Of a stretch of 64,000 bases of DNA, positions 51,420-63,775 are shown in pieces. Below the pieces are notes generated by a model that was not told the DNA's origin, made no database searches, and was given only the letters and a program-made list of their open reading frames with translations. The stretch is from Callorhinchus milii (lineage: Eukaryota): assembly GCF_018977255.1 (NCBI RefSeq), contig NW_024704742.1, positions 81,966,001 to 82,030,000 of the forward strand. Reading direction: 5' to 3'. The position numbers and the translations under genes were made by a program. The first letter of the stretch is position 1, and the number at the start of each line of letters is the position of its first letter.

Positions 51420-51945
51420 AAGATGATGGCAATGCATCCAGCATCTGTTTGCTCACATGCCACTCGTGAGGAATTCCTGAACTAACTATTCATCTGGTGA
51501 ATGCTTATTAGATGGTTGTGGGTAGTCACTGATCATTTATCAGTTTAGAAGTTAGATGCTTGCGGTGTAATCAGGAATGAACATGCTGGAATTGATTCTC
51601 GTGGGACAGTTTGTGGCTTTATTTGTAATCACGGAATGTTGTAAGGCTCAAAGAAAACCTGCCAATGTTGCTTTCATCAATTTTTTATGAGGCTTTCAAC
51701 CTAGTGCCTAATAAAGCCCTCATGATGAGGCTAGAAGCAATGGTCAAACCTTGGCTTTTATCTGGGATATATGTTTCAATTGCAAGATCTATGCAAGGAT
51801 CAATGGGAGATTCAATACTGATCTTATCTCTTTTGAAAGAGTTGTAAGGCCACTGTCACTCACTCTATTTGAATCATTCATCAATGATATGTTGGATAGT
51901 ATTAGACAGCACAGGCTTGGTGTGTCTGATAGGCTGAGGATCTAC
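51420..51945 (+). mobile_element. Ancient non-LTR RT relic of a clade other than the local L2/CR1 (RTE-X-like?)
   Basis: CKAQRKPANVAFINF, AFNLVPNKALMMRL and ARINGRFNTDLISFERVVRPLSLTLFESFINDML correspond to central RT subdomains. Confidence 0.65.
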
Positions 51946-52349
51946 ACTCACCACCTGAATATTTCCATTTAGTGGCATCTGATGGTAGGCACCCCCAACT
52001 GCAGGATTATGGCTGTGACATTTGTGGAACTTTTACGAGTTTGGTTTCAGAGACTCTTAAGCAGGGTAATGATTTCACAAGTATTATATACCAGATGATC
52101 TCTGCTGTGGTGGTGGGAGAGAGAAGTAGGGCTTCTCTGAAGTCAAGGTGATTGTGTGGTCGTGCATGTGGCTAAGAAGAAACAAAGCAACAAAAAAATC
52201 TTCTTCCTTAAACTCAATACCATTGAATAAAATTGCTACAACAAAGACATTTGGAACTGAATTTTGCTCTGTTAATCTGGGTCAAACTACCATATATTAG
52301 ATATTTCACAATGAAAATTTAACACAAGGCTGATGTAAGAGACAAATCT

Positions 52350-52900
52350 AGCCCCAAATACAGAAGGCAATAGATAGTAAAAAAACATATGCAATTGAAC
52401 ACATTTGTGTAATCATTCTTTTGCTGTTGTGTAAATGTGCATAATCTAGGTAAAGAGTAAAATATCTAGGAATCCCAATAGCGCCAAAGATTAGTTTGTA
52501 CATACTGTATTGAAATGAGAAAGGATTTGCAGCCTTATATGAATGGAAAATTAGGACATGAATTTCATCCAAAAGATTTGTGTTTTGATAGTAGAAAAGA
52601 GTCTGTGAAAGGAAACAAACTTGATAAAAAATCTGAAGCAAGCAGAGTGATTGCAGGAATTGAAATGTCAAATGATGCGAAATCTATAGAAATCAATCAA
52701 GAGATTTTTAAAAAAAAAACTGAACTCTTCAGAATATATCTACACTAAGAAAGATTGAGATCACACCTGTAAGAAATGAAGCCTCCCTTCTATTAGATCT
52801 ACTCGGTGAGTCTGAACCGCCTTAAATCCTTAAGGCAATAGGAAATTGCTTGCTTCCAAAGTACCTGAACTAGATAAGCATTTGGTTGGATTTTATAATT
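52350..52900 (+). mobile_element. Possible rearranged L1-clade ORF2 relic
   Basis: VKYLGIPI, and KKSEASRVIAGI..EINQEIF; motif order is not canonical. Confidence 0.3.
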
Positions 52901-53289
52901 TTTTTTTCATATTTTAGCCACAGTTCTATATAACCAGTGAGCTGTAATACAGCATTTGCCAGAGGCTTTATGCACTGCTCTCATAACTGTTCTGCCAAGA
53001 AGGGAAAGAACCATAACTAGTGTCATAAATACAAAAACTCATGAGATTCTCCAAACAAAAACTTGACAGCCAGGTTGCAGAGGTTGTTACACTCAATGAT
53101 TCATCAAGATCAAGCAAATTTTATGGGTGGTCTTGTAATTTCAGGCAATACCCATAGATTTCTGTAACTGATTGAAGTGTGGTGACCATGAGACACCAGT
53201 AATGGCTAGTCCAAACGATGTGGGGAAAATCTTTGTTTAGAATTGTATTGCTTTATAAGGAATATGTGAGTTTTTTACAAATTTACTCG

Positions 53290-53653
53290 TTGTAGCTCAG
53301 TGGTTAGAGCACTCGCCTCGTAAGCGAGAGCCCTGGTTTTGATCCCTGGCAGGGTGAAATGTTGGGCAAATTTCCTTGCTTCACATACCTCTCTTTACCC
53401 AGCAGTAAGTAGGAACCCAGTTGTTAGTTGATTGGTGGATTGCATTTCCGGGGATAATAATCCTTCNAAAAAAACAATATTAATTTGGTCATTCAATTCA
53501 CAAATGTTTGTGAGACACTGCTGTGCGCAATTGGCTGTTGCGTTTCGCCCACAAATATACAGTAAATTCACTTTACAGTATATTCTGTGAAGCGCTTTGA
53601 ACTGTCTAGAAGACGTGAAAGGCACTATATCAAATGCAAGGATTATTATTATT
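53290..53653 (+). mobile_element. Full-length tRNA/CORE-like SINE, long form
   Basis: Head TGTAGCTCAGTGGTTAGAGCACTCGCCTCGTAAGCGAG; extra segment at about 53391-53454; family tail. Confidence 0.92.
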
Positions 53654-54074
53654 CTCTTGCAGAACCCAATGTTTTATATTAAAACACACTGGGATTAAAA
53701 GGAGACACGTTAAATATGAAATTTATAAGATAATGTAGTCCACTCTGCTGTTAAGACTTGTCTTATCAGGTACATTTGGTACCTTGAGCTTTCTCTTAGG
53801 ATAACACTTCATGTGAGAGCATGAAATAATCAAACAATCCAATGGCTGTCCAAAAGGGGTGTAATATCTTGAAATTAATGTTGTCCTGAAATTAACTCTA
53901 CAGCAGATATGTTTAGCTGTTTAGCATGATGTATTCTGATTTATAATGATTGGGTTCTTTCAATCTATTACTCCAGGAAGATAACTGAGGCACCAAATTT
54001 AACCACACTGCATTAAGCATTAGCCATTAAAATAGTAGGGAAACAATAAAGATGTTATTTAGCTAATTCAAACA

Positions 54075-54480
54075 TAATCATTTTTGCATTTGATATAATG
54101 CCCATAATAGCAAAACTTCTTAAAGCACCTCACAGTACTATTAAGAGCAGTGATTGTATTTGAAGTCAAATAGGGCAGCCAGTTTTGCATACAGCAATTT
54201 TGCACAAACAGCTATAAATAGAATAATATTTTTTTCTGGAAGATTGTTGGCCAGGACACCACCAAAAAACTCTTTCTTTTTTTGATTACTGCCGTGGAAT
54301 CTTTAATGTCCATCCAAACAGACAGATGGGACCTCATTTAAAATCTCATCCGATAATGCAGCACTTCCCAAACACTGGAATGCAAGTGACAGCTTGGACT
54401 GTGAGCTAAAAGTGGACCGATGAGGAGTTTAAACCCATAACCTTCTGACTCCGAGGAAAGAGTCCTATTAACTGAGCCAG
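54075..54480 (-). mobile_element. Deu-type SINE
   Basis: Head (AACCTTCTGACTCCGAGG...AACTGAGCCAG on +), core and tail. Confidence 0.75.
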
Positions 54481-55744
54481 ATAAGTACATGGGAATGATA
54501 ATTGGTGTTTTGGTAAAATAAGTGTACATTTGGTGATGTACCTGATGAATGTATTGTCAGCAAAATGCACAGACCCTCATAAAACACATGCCCTGTTGTA
54601 AAATAACCAAAAATGGACTTTTGGTTCCATAAATTATGCTACATAAGTTGATTCTTACTTCCTGCCTAAGAAACAACCCTTCTCCACATCTCCACAGGAA
54701 TTGAGTAGAATTGGCTGGGAGCAAAAATCTAGCTTCTGTAGTCTTTCTGAGGATGTTACATCCATCCCTGTGTGACCCAGTTTTCAGAGTATCCTATAAG
54801 GATTTCCAGATGATGCATAATACAATAAAGAGAAAATGCCACCATGTGGGAAATTAACAATTTGAAACTGTGCCCTAACGTTATTAAAGGGAAAGTGTAT
54901 TAATTGGTATGTCTGGAGGAAAAGGAATTTATATTAAACTGGACGTATTCCATAAAAGAACGCTTTGATGTTAAAGGCCAGTTTTGGACTAGGTGTTAGT
55001 CAATTTTGAGATGCTTGTGAATGAATAGATGCATTAAGTGTTGCATAGCCCACCATTTTGAGAAACTGTTACTTTCACAGCTTGAAAGTTTCTTGAAAAG
55101 CAGCAGACAAAAGAATTTCACTTTGGTATCTTTGTAACAGGATTGAAAGTGCGAAAAATATTACAGGCTAGTGACATGGAAATTGAGTTGTGGAGAAATT
55201 GCATAAAACCGCGGGTAGTTAAATTTGAGTAGAGCCTTATGCAATGCTTATTTCAGCTTGTTCTGCTTTCTTTCTTCAGCAAAAACTAAGAACACAAGAC
55301 ACTGACATGCTTCATCAATGCTTATCTACCACAAGGGCTTTGGCTTGCAAGGTATAGGAAATGTCTTCATCTCCAAATGATGAACCAGATAGGGTCGTCA
55401 ATCATCAACAATATGTTGGATTACTGCACATCCACTTGTCTTTCCCAGTTGTATCACCTCAGAGGGAGTTCAGCCACAGAGGGACACTGTTTACTGTCAT
55501 TCTTCGAAAAGAATACTTTTGGATATGTTGCTCATTTTATTCACTTCAAAAAGGATGAAGGTCTAAGTTGATCATCTGGATGAACCAGAATCTTCTGATA
55601 TTGAATTTGGTGCTCATCAAACTAAGCAACCATGTTCAGCATCAATGGTGGACTTCCAATGCTAATGCTAAAAATTCTACGATTTGTGAAACAAATTGTG
55701 ATATTGCATTTCCTTGATTACAAGAACACTGAGTAACAGTAATA

Positions 55745-56140
55745 GCTCTCCTTAGAGCAGAGAAGGTTGAGGGGAGATTTAATAGATGTGTTGAAGATTA
55801 TGAGGAGTTTTGATAGCGTAAATAAGGAGAAACTGTTTCTTCTAGCAGATGGCTTGGTAACCAAAAGGACACAGATTTAAGATAGTCGTCAAAAGAATCA
55901 GAGTGGAGATGAGGAGAATTTTTTTTACACAATGAATTGTTACGACTAGAATGCATTGCCTGAAAGGCTGGTGGAAGCAGATTCCACAGTAGCTTTCAAA
56001 AGGGACTTGGATAAGTACTTGAAAAGGAAAAGTTGCAGGGCTTTCGGGTAAGAGTGAGACTGGTTGGATAGTTCTTTCAAAGAGCCGGCACAGACACGAT
56101 GGGCCAAATGGCCTCCTTCTATGCTGTAAGATTTTATGAA
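55745..56140 (+). mobile_element. CR1 3' region
   Basis: SLEQRRLRGDLIDVLKIM..FKRDLDKYL; 3' UTR GATGGGCCAAATGGCCTCCTTCT. Confidence 0.9.
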
Positions 56141-56264
56141 CAACTTGGACTGATATGTGGAATGAATCTCTCAAAGTCTGCAGCAAATTTGAGGCAGAAG
56201 GGAGAGTTGGAGATAAGAATAAGTCAGTCACATTAAGTACTCCAGGATACAACCCCATGTGAAA

Positions 56265-56700
56265 TTCCCATCACACCAGTTCTAGCCATACTTCACTGGC
56301 TCCCTATCACCAAACAGATTTCAAGATCCTCACACACATTTTCAAATCCTTTCATGCTCTGGCACCTCCCTACTTCTCCGATCTGCTTACCCCCCAACCC
56401 ACAACCCACTGCCTCCATTTGATTGTCTCCAACCTTCTGCAAGTCCCTTGTGCCTTCCTTTCCACCATTGGTGGCTGCGCTTTCAGCCACTACGCCCTGA
56501 AACACTGGAACACTCTTCCGCCCTCCCTCCGCCTTGTCCCTTCCTTCCCCATCTTCAGGTCATGCCTGAAGACCTTCCTATTCGACCATGCCTATGGTCA
56601 CCTCCCCCTCCCCCAGGCTTGGCTTCGGCTACACCATTGTCAAGAGCTCTGGGATGCTATCCTGCGCGAGAGACCTACATGAATGCAAGTTGTTGTTGTA
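56265..56700 (+). mobile_element. L2 3' end
   Basis: LHWLPI, IGG.AFS.YA..WN.LP, LKTFLF; (TTG)n tail. Confidence 0.88.
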
Positions 56701-57849
56701 GTATCAAACGCATGTGCAGTGGACATTTGGCCCTTGTTTTGGATTAAGATTTCAAGAACAGGATTTAAATTTTTTTGTCCTCTGATGGTATGGCATGAAA
56801 ATTAAGTGTGGACTAGTTTGATAGTCTCAATCATGTGTTGATTTAGATGGAGGGAAGAGAGTTAGAGGGGATAAAAACCTTCAAACATAAAACAGCTCTG
56901 TGGATACTGTACAAGTCCAAAGAAGAAATAAATACCCATGTTTTGTAAAACTATTCTCGGGGGTTTGGGAATGGAAGTAGGAAGTAGCTGAAGTGCTTTT
57001 CTCATGCTATTCCCTGCAATCTCCAGTTTTTTCTCTGTATTGCAATTTTTTCAAAGGTAAAAACAGTCCGGCTTTCTGCTAGCAAACTTTTTCATAACTG
57101 TATTTTGTGTGCATCTGCTAGCACAGTCTTCACCCGCTTAATAATTTAAAAATGCTTGCTTCCGGTTAGCTTCTTTATTTACACATTATTTGTCCAATTG
57201 ATGTTCAAAGATGGAATAATTAAAGAAAAATAATATGTATTGTCTTGAGAAATACTAGTAAAATCCCACTCCGGCCTATTCAGGTTAAGGTGATTCAGAA
57301 GCTTCATTTGGTTTCATGCTTATTCTGCCTTCAAAAATTATCCATGTTTCAGTTTAGATAGAACATATTTTTTATATCTAGAAATTAACACAGACATCAG
57401 AATACTATCGTAATCTCCATGGAAATGACAGCTGAATTTGTTCAGAAACCCTGAGGGTTTCAGGCAGGAGATTCAGATGGAGCAGCCAAATCCTTTGTTG
57501 ATGCATTGGGAGAACACTTGCGAATTTTCCATAGGGGCACATTACTGCATACATTCTGAGATCTGTGGCTTGACCTTACCTTCAAGTGTAAGGGAAACGT
57601 TTGAGCTGAAAATTGCACATTTTAATTGCTTGTACTGTAACTTTATTGGAAATGAGATATTAATAAGCACATTGAAACATCTGTGGAGACAATGCCAGTG
57701 AGACTTGTAGCTGGTAGTTGCCCTTCCTCCATCTTTTCCACTGATGCATTTTGCTCCCGTGGTTCTAGACAAAAAGCCCTGAAGTTTTACTGAAGCCCTT
57801 TGACTTTGCAATTACATTCTCATTTTTCTGCAACTATAAATAAGTAATA

Positions 57850-58265
57850 ACTTAATAATTAATTTAATATGACGCCTTTCATGTCAGGGGGCATCTCAAA
57901 GTGCTTCACAGGATTTGTGGACTATGTTTGCAAGCAAAACAGCTCCCAATTGCACGCACTAACTTCCTGTAAACAACCATGAAACAAATGACCAATTTTA
58001 TTTGGGGGATTTTTGGGCAGGACGCCAGGAGAAACTCCCTTCACGTTTTGAGTAGTGAAATGTGATCTTTAACATCCACCTGAGTAACCAGACAGAACCT
58101 TGGTTTGATGTCTCATGTGAAGGACGGCATCTCCAAAAATGCAACACCCCACCCAGGACTGCATTAGAATGTCACATTACGTGAGTTCAAGTTCTGATGT
58201 GGAGTTTGAACCCACAACCTTCAAGGGGTGACTCGAGAAGTGAGAGTATTACCAACTGAGCTGGG
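57850..58265 (-). mobile_element. Deu-type SINE
   Basis: TTTGAACCCACAACCTTC...ACCAACTGAGC head and GGACGGCATCTCC core, both seen on + as the reverse complement. Confidence 0.75.
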
Positions 58266-58618
58266 GCAGTTTTGTAGAACTGAGTCCGACAAATTATTTA
58301 AACTTGTGAGATGACTTTTAGACATCAAGTGAAAGATGCTGGGATGAAGCCCAACTCTGTTCATATATCCATGGATGAAACAGTGGTTGATGAGACATGA
58401 TTTAGAGATAAACAACCCTTTAGTGTTAGTAAATTTACTCTGAGTGAATGTTACTTAGTGTAGTACTTGTTCTCGGGAAATTGTGCACCTAATTTTAATT
58501 TTCAGATAACTGTAAGAATAGTTTACCTCTGTAACATCAACAAAGAATATGCTCCGAGGATTGCTCACAGGAGGATTGTTAAGGTAACATGTCCTATGTG
58601 ATGCTCTGTTTGGCAATA

Positions 58619-58986
58619 CAGTCAACTCCTGTTAACTTGATCCTGGCTTAACTTGTTATTATTACTTAAGTCATCAGGCTGTAAATATCCCAGCTGCATT
58701 TATTTATGTACAGTAAACTCCTGATAACGTATCGCACCAAGGGAAAAGGGTTCAGTGATGAGTTATTAGGAGTGGTGGCTTAGGCGAATGAATGAATACA
58801 TTGCATGCATGCAGTCAGGATATTGATAGTATAATGACTTACCAGTAGTGACACGTTAAGACAGGATTGAGTTATCAGGAGTTTACTGTTTTTATACATG
58901 TACCTAACATGCCACTCCTGATATACCTAACTTGCTAATCACTGGGCCCTTTTCCCTTGGAGCAACGAGTTATCAGGTCTTTATTG
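58619..58986. mobile_element. Tigger/pogo-like MITE (58711-58888) nested in an inverted copy of the same family
   Basis: Perfect 18-bp TIRs CAGTAAACTCCTGATAAC (58711-58728 and 58871-58888); outer copy flanked by TA on both sides. Confidence 0.8.
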
Positions 58987-59252
58987 TATTACTTACCAGT
59001 GTATAATTGTTTTGAATCATTATTGCAGTTTTCTGTAAACTAAATCTAAGCTGGTAATTTGACTTTCTATAGTTAAGTGTTATCAAAACTGATGCGCTTC
59101 TGCTAGCTCTCGTCAGTGGCTTCTCACCTCAGACGCTGGCTGCATCAAGGTACACAGATGCTCATTCCATTTCACAGAGCCAGTGCAGAATCTTGGTGTC
59201 TTGTTCGACCCCTGACTGTCTCACCAACCGTACATTCGACCGAAATTTCAAG

Positions 59253-60118
59253 GATGAGGGCCAACTTTCTCCCACTCAACGTCAGCAAGACCAAGGCCCT
59301 CCTGATTGGCTCGTGCCAGTGCCTCCGCACTTGAAGCGCTGGCAGCATCAGCCTCCATGGCTGCACACTCAACCTCACTAAGCCAGTCAGGAACCTGGGT
59401 GTCTTGTTTGACCCTGAACTGTCCTTTCTCCCCCACATCCGCGCCATGACCGGCACTGCCTACCACCACCTCCGCAACATTGCCAGACTCCACCACTGCC
59501 TCACCCCTCAGGCTGCCCAAACCCTCACCCACGCATTCATCACCTCAAGGCTCGATTACGGGAACTCCCTCCTCATCGGCCTTCCCAACTCTTCCGTTCA
59601 CAAGCTGCAGATCATCCAAAATACTGCAGCTCGTGTATTCTCACCCACCAGGCTCCACAACCCCATCACTCCCACCCTCGCCCGACTCCACTGGCTCCCC
59701 ATCCCCCAGAGGATTGAGTTCAAGATCCTCGTCCTTACCTTTACAGCCATCCATGGCCTTGCCCCCTCCTACCTCTCTGACCTGCTGACTCCCTACCAAC
59801 CTGCCCGCTCCCTCCGTTCATCGGGCTCCGGCCTGCTCCATGTCTCCCGCCCGACCCGCCCTACCATCGGTGGCCGGACTTTCAGCCTCTTTGTCCCCCC
59901 ACTCTGAAACTCCATCCCACAGTCCCTTCGCCTCACTTCCTCCCTCGTATCCTTCCTTTCGACCATGCCTTTGGTCTCCCTTCCACCTCTCTGCCTTCCC
60001 TCACCCCTACACAACCCCTCCGCCATGCTCGGGCTCCGACATTTCACTGTTCAGCACTTTGGGACGTCTTCCCGACGTGAAAGGCGCTCTATAAATGTAA
60101 CTTTGTTGTTGTTGTTGA
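59253..60118 (+). mobile_element. L2 3' region, relatively young
   Basis: 167-aa ORF remnant FDPELSF..HAFITSRLDYGN..LHWLPI; (TTG)n tail. Confidence 0.94.
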
Positions 60119-60119
60119 T

Positions 60120-60690
60120 GATTTCCTCACCCATGCTTCATTGTGTCCAGGCTTAACAATACCAATGCTAGACTCCCCAGCTCCTTGTACAAGCTTCAGT
60201 CTATCCAAAACACTGCAATCTCTGTCCTTTCCTACACTAGCCTCCATGAGCATGTCATTCCCATCCTCAGTGGGCTTCACTGGCTTCCTGTCCCCCAGCA
60301 GATTGAATCTAAGTTCTTCAAATTCAAATGCCGCCATGGCCTCTACAAATACCTACAACCTTCCCGTCCCAGCTACTTCCTCTGTGCTGTCTACTGTATG
60401 CCCCCTCCCCCAATCTGCCCTTTTGGTGGGTAAGCTTTCAGCCATTCTACTCTGCTCTATGGAACTCTATCCCACAGTCCCTATGACTTACGGCCAGACA
60501 GACTGCACAAGGCCTAATTTTTTCACTTTTCATCTGTGCTTTCAGCTACCTTATCCCCTGGTTGCCAGCCAGCTGTGTGAGGTGCCCTTCTACGTCCTCC
60601 CAATGTGAAAGGCACTATGCTGTATTAATGTAAATTTGTGTTGTATTATGTTGTCCTCCTGACATGAAAGGAACTACATAAATGTAAATT
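60120..60690 (+). mobile_element. Older L2 3' region with a duplicated tail
   Basis: SRL..KLQSIQN..LHWLPV; two successive GTCCTCC...GAAAGG tail motifs. Confidence 0.75.
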
Positions 60691-61744
60691 GATTACGTTG
60701 CGAAAAAGTAAATTGATTACATTGTGAAAAAGGAAACGTGTTTTGCCTTGTGTTAAATGTGCAGTCAATCCATAGCGGAGGCATTTTCAATGTGAAGGTA
60801 GTCATCCCTTCCACGGTTCATGCCGACTGTGTTGAATCACAAATTTATGGCTTGCAAACACAAGTCTTTCAGCAAAACACTGCTTCAGCAACCTGCAGAA
60901 ACCTAACAGTTCCTGACAGCAGATGTGCTCAGTCGGTGTCAGCCCTGAATATTGACACTCCTGTTGGTGATAACCGATCACTTTCATTGTCACATTGTGC
61001 CTGGCGGTGGTGGTGGGAACACAGCCAGCTTTGTGCTGCAAGACTCCTGTTCACAGGCAGGAACCAGTGACAAAGTGGTTGAAGACAATGTAGCTACCAA
61101 CTAGCATTTGATAGGGTTTTCCTGTCCTGTCAGCAATAATTTTAGCTGGAAGCAAGCAAGCTAAGGAGGAACAACTTGATTAATGACTGGGACATGTACG
61201 AGGAGCCAAGCATGTCTTGGAAAGTTGGCTGTTATCCTGCAAAGTAAAGAGGGTGGATTGCTTTTTTTTTCAACTTTGTAAATGAGTTTCAAGGCTTAAA
61301 GAGGATATGATTTTATACTTGGTTACAGAATCTGCCAGTATAACTTCATAATCTCAACACAAGCTGCTCAGAAATTGTTCTTTAAAGGTTCACTTGCAAT
61401 CTACATACAGTAGGTAGATATATAGCTATGTGGGGGTGGGGAATCAAGCTTTTTGAAGATGAATTTGTGTATTTGTCGTTCACAAATATACAGTCAACCC
61501 ACTTTACAATATATTCGGTGAAGTGCTTTGAGATATCTTGATGATGTGATAAGGTGCTATATCAAATGCAAGCATTATTATAGGTTATATTATGAAGATT
61601 GGTTTGATAATTTTGATACAGTTGAGATTAATAGTTAACCTCCTCAAAACAATCTGGTATCTGGCATTGTGACTTGTGCATGAGAAAGCCTTCAACTTCA
61701 CAGTTTTCACCGCACTGCATGGAATGCAGGTCNTTTTTTAACTG

Positions 61745-61960
61745 TCTCCCTGATGGCTTGGTTGGGATGACTCAATGCTTAACAAAGAAATGAGGCATAA
61801 AAACCAACAAGATCCCAGATTCAGTTCCTGAGTTAGCTGATCTCAGCTGAGACAACAGTCGTAGTGTTAGAATGACTTCAGCATCACTGAAATGTGAATG
61901 GAAAAAAAACACAGCTAGGGTTCTCACTCCTCTGAATCCTGCCCATTGTTCCTGTCCCAT
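61745..61960 (+). mobile_element. Ancient AmnSINE2-like SINE fragment
   Basis: CTGAGTTAGCTGATCTCAGCTG...CAGCTAGGGTTCTCACTCCT resembles the AmnSINE2-type body as I recall it. Confidence 0.4.
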
Positions 61961-61969
61961 TTGGGTAAA

Positions 61970-62790
61970 TATAATAATAATAATCCTTGCATTTGATATA
62001 GAGCCTCATCGTGGCATTGAGACATCTTCACAAATTATAGTGTAAAGTGAATTGTCTATATATTTTGTGGGCAAAATGTAGCAGCTAATTGGGCACAGGA
62101 TTGTCCCACAAACAGTCGTGGATTGAGTGATCACATTTTTTGAGGGGATTATTACCCCAGGAAAGTGATCTACCAATCAACTAACAACACCAACAACAAA
62201 ATTACATTGGTATAGTGCCTTTCATGTCGGGAGGATGTCCAAGGTCCTGGACAGACAGAGTTTTGGACCCGAATTGAGGGGTGGGGGAAGGGGGAGGCCA
62301 GGGGAGGAAGCAGGGAGATCGAAAGCACGATCGAAGAGGTGGGTCTTGAGGTGGGTCTTGAAGGTGGTGAAGGAGGGGGTGAAACAGAGGGACTGCGGGA
62401 TGAAGTTCCAGAGGATGAGTGCAGAGTAGTTAGAGGCTCACCCGCCAATAGTGGGGCGAGCAAAAGGCGGGGGACGTGAAGCAGGCCGGAGCCCGCTGAG
62501 CAGAGGGAGTAAGCAGGATGGTAGAGGGTTAGGAGGTCGGAGAGGTAGGGGGGAGCAAGACCGTGGAGAGCTTTGAAAGTGAGGACCAGGATTGTGAACT
62601 GTATCCTCTGTGTGATGGGAAGCCAGTGGAGTTGGGCAAGGATGGTCACGTAGCCTGATGCTGGATAGGTAAACAGAGTAGTGTAGAGGAAGGAAACTTG
62701 CCTAAGGTTTTGCCGCACCCAGGGGTTGAACCCAGGTTTTCCCACTTGCAAGGTGAGGAGTGATGTAACCAATATGCTACAGGACCCCAA
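61970..62790 (-). mobile_element. Long-form tRNA/CORE-like SINE interrupted by an L2 3' end (about 62189-62647, minus strand)
   Basis: SINE tail at 61970-62188; L2 LHWLPITQRI to tail; SINE head at about 62660-62790. Confidence 0.85.
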
Positions 62791-63484
62791 TGAATGGGTA
62801 AGCAACTGCAGAAGTGCATTTGTGCACAAATGCAATGTAAATCATGTTACAGAAGCATCAGTTCAGGGGGCAGTTTCAGGAATAGAATTGATGCATCGGA
62901 TACAGTATGAATCATGTAGGAGATTAGCTAAGTGTGTAAAATCTCAAAAAGATTAAATTATCTTCAAACTTTTCAAAGTTATAAGATTGTAAGAGAGCTA
63001 TTCTTCAATAACATTAAAAATTGTAACCTGTATTTGGCACTGGTTAGCTCTCCTCCAGTAAATTGCATCTCTACCAGCAGCATTAAAAGGGCACTTATGC
63101 CTTTATTTCTATGAGAAAGTTAAGAATTCATGGTTAATATTTGAATTAGTCAGCAGCAGCAAGTTGTGTATAAAATATTGCAATTCCTGTAGACTGAGAA
63201 TTCTCCTTGACACAGACAAGTATTAGGTGTCCCTTCTGGGCACAATTATAATTTAGTGTATATATAAAAGAGAGACATGTTAAATTATTATGACTGGTAA
63301 AACCTTTGTATAGCACACTTTTCTGAAAACTACACCTCTCCAATTTTCTTTCACAGTGTCAAAACAGATACTTCTTTGACTTGGAAAAGGCAGCAGCTTA
63401 GTACGTTCATGGAACATAAATTCAGTGTCTAGAATAGCATTTCCAACCAATCAGTGCTGTGGTAAAACTAATATAAGCAGAAGT

Positions 63485-63775
63485 GGACAATACTGCAGGT
63501 GTAATGTGTGTGTGTCTGCGGGGTGGGGGTGTAACCTTTTAGGAGAACAGAGGTTTAGAGTTGAAAAGTGCAATTTCTGTATAAACACCAGAATTTTTTT
63601 TACCAGGGAGTAATTAATAGTTGGAACAGGTTGCCAGCAAGGGTGGTTGAGACCAGGACCCTGGGACTCATTTAAAAGCCAGCTTGATCCTGTGATGGTA
63701 GTTTGGTAAGGTGGGTCTTCTGGATAGATGAGATCAGATGGGCTAAAGGGCTTTATCTGAGCCTCTTGTGATGTT
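63485..63775 (+). mobile_element. Old CR1 3' end
   Basis: FFTRE..NSWNRLP..FKSQLD; GATGGGCTAAAGGGC. Confidence 0.7.

Noticed and set aside
53467..53467. Ambiguous base n (also at 61733)
   Set aside because: Assembly ambiguity next to homopolymers, not biology
60738..61070. 110-aa ORF in unique sequence
   Set aside because: Non-ATG start, no recognisable domain and no convincing splice context; could still be a non-coding element
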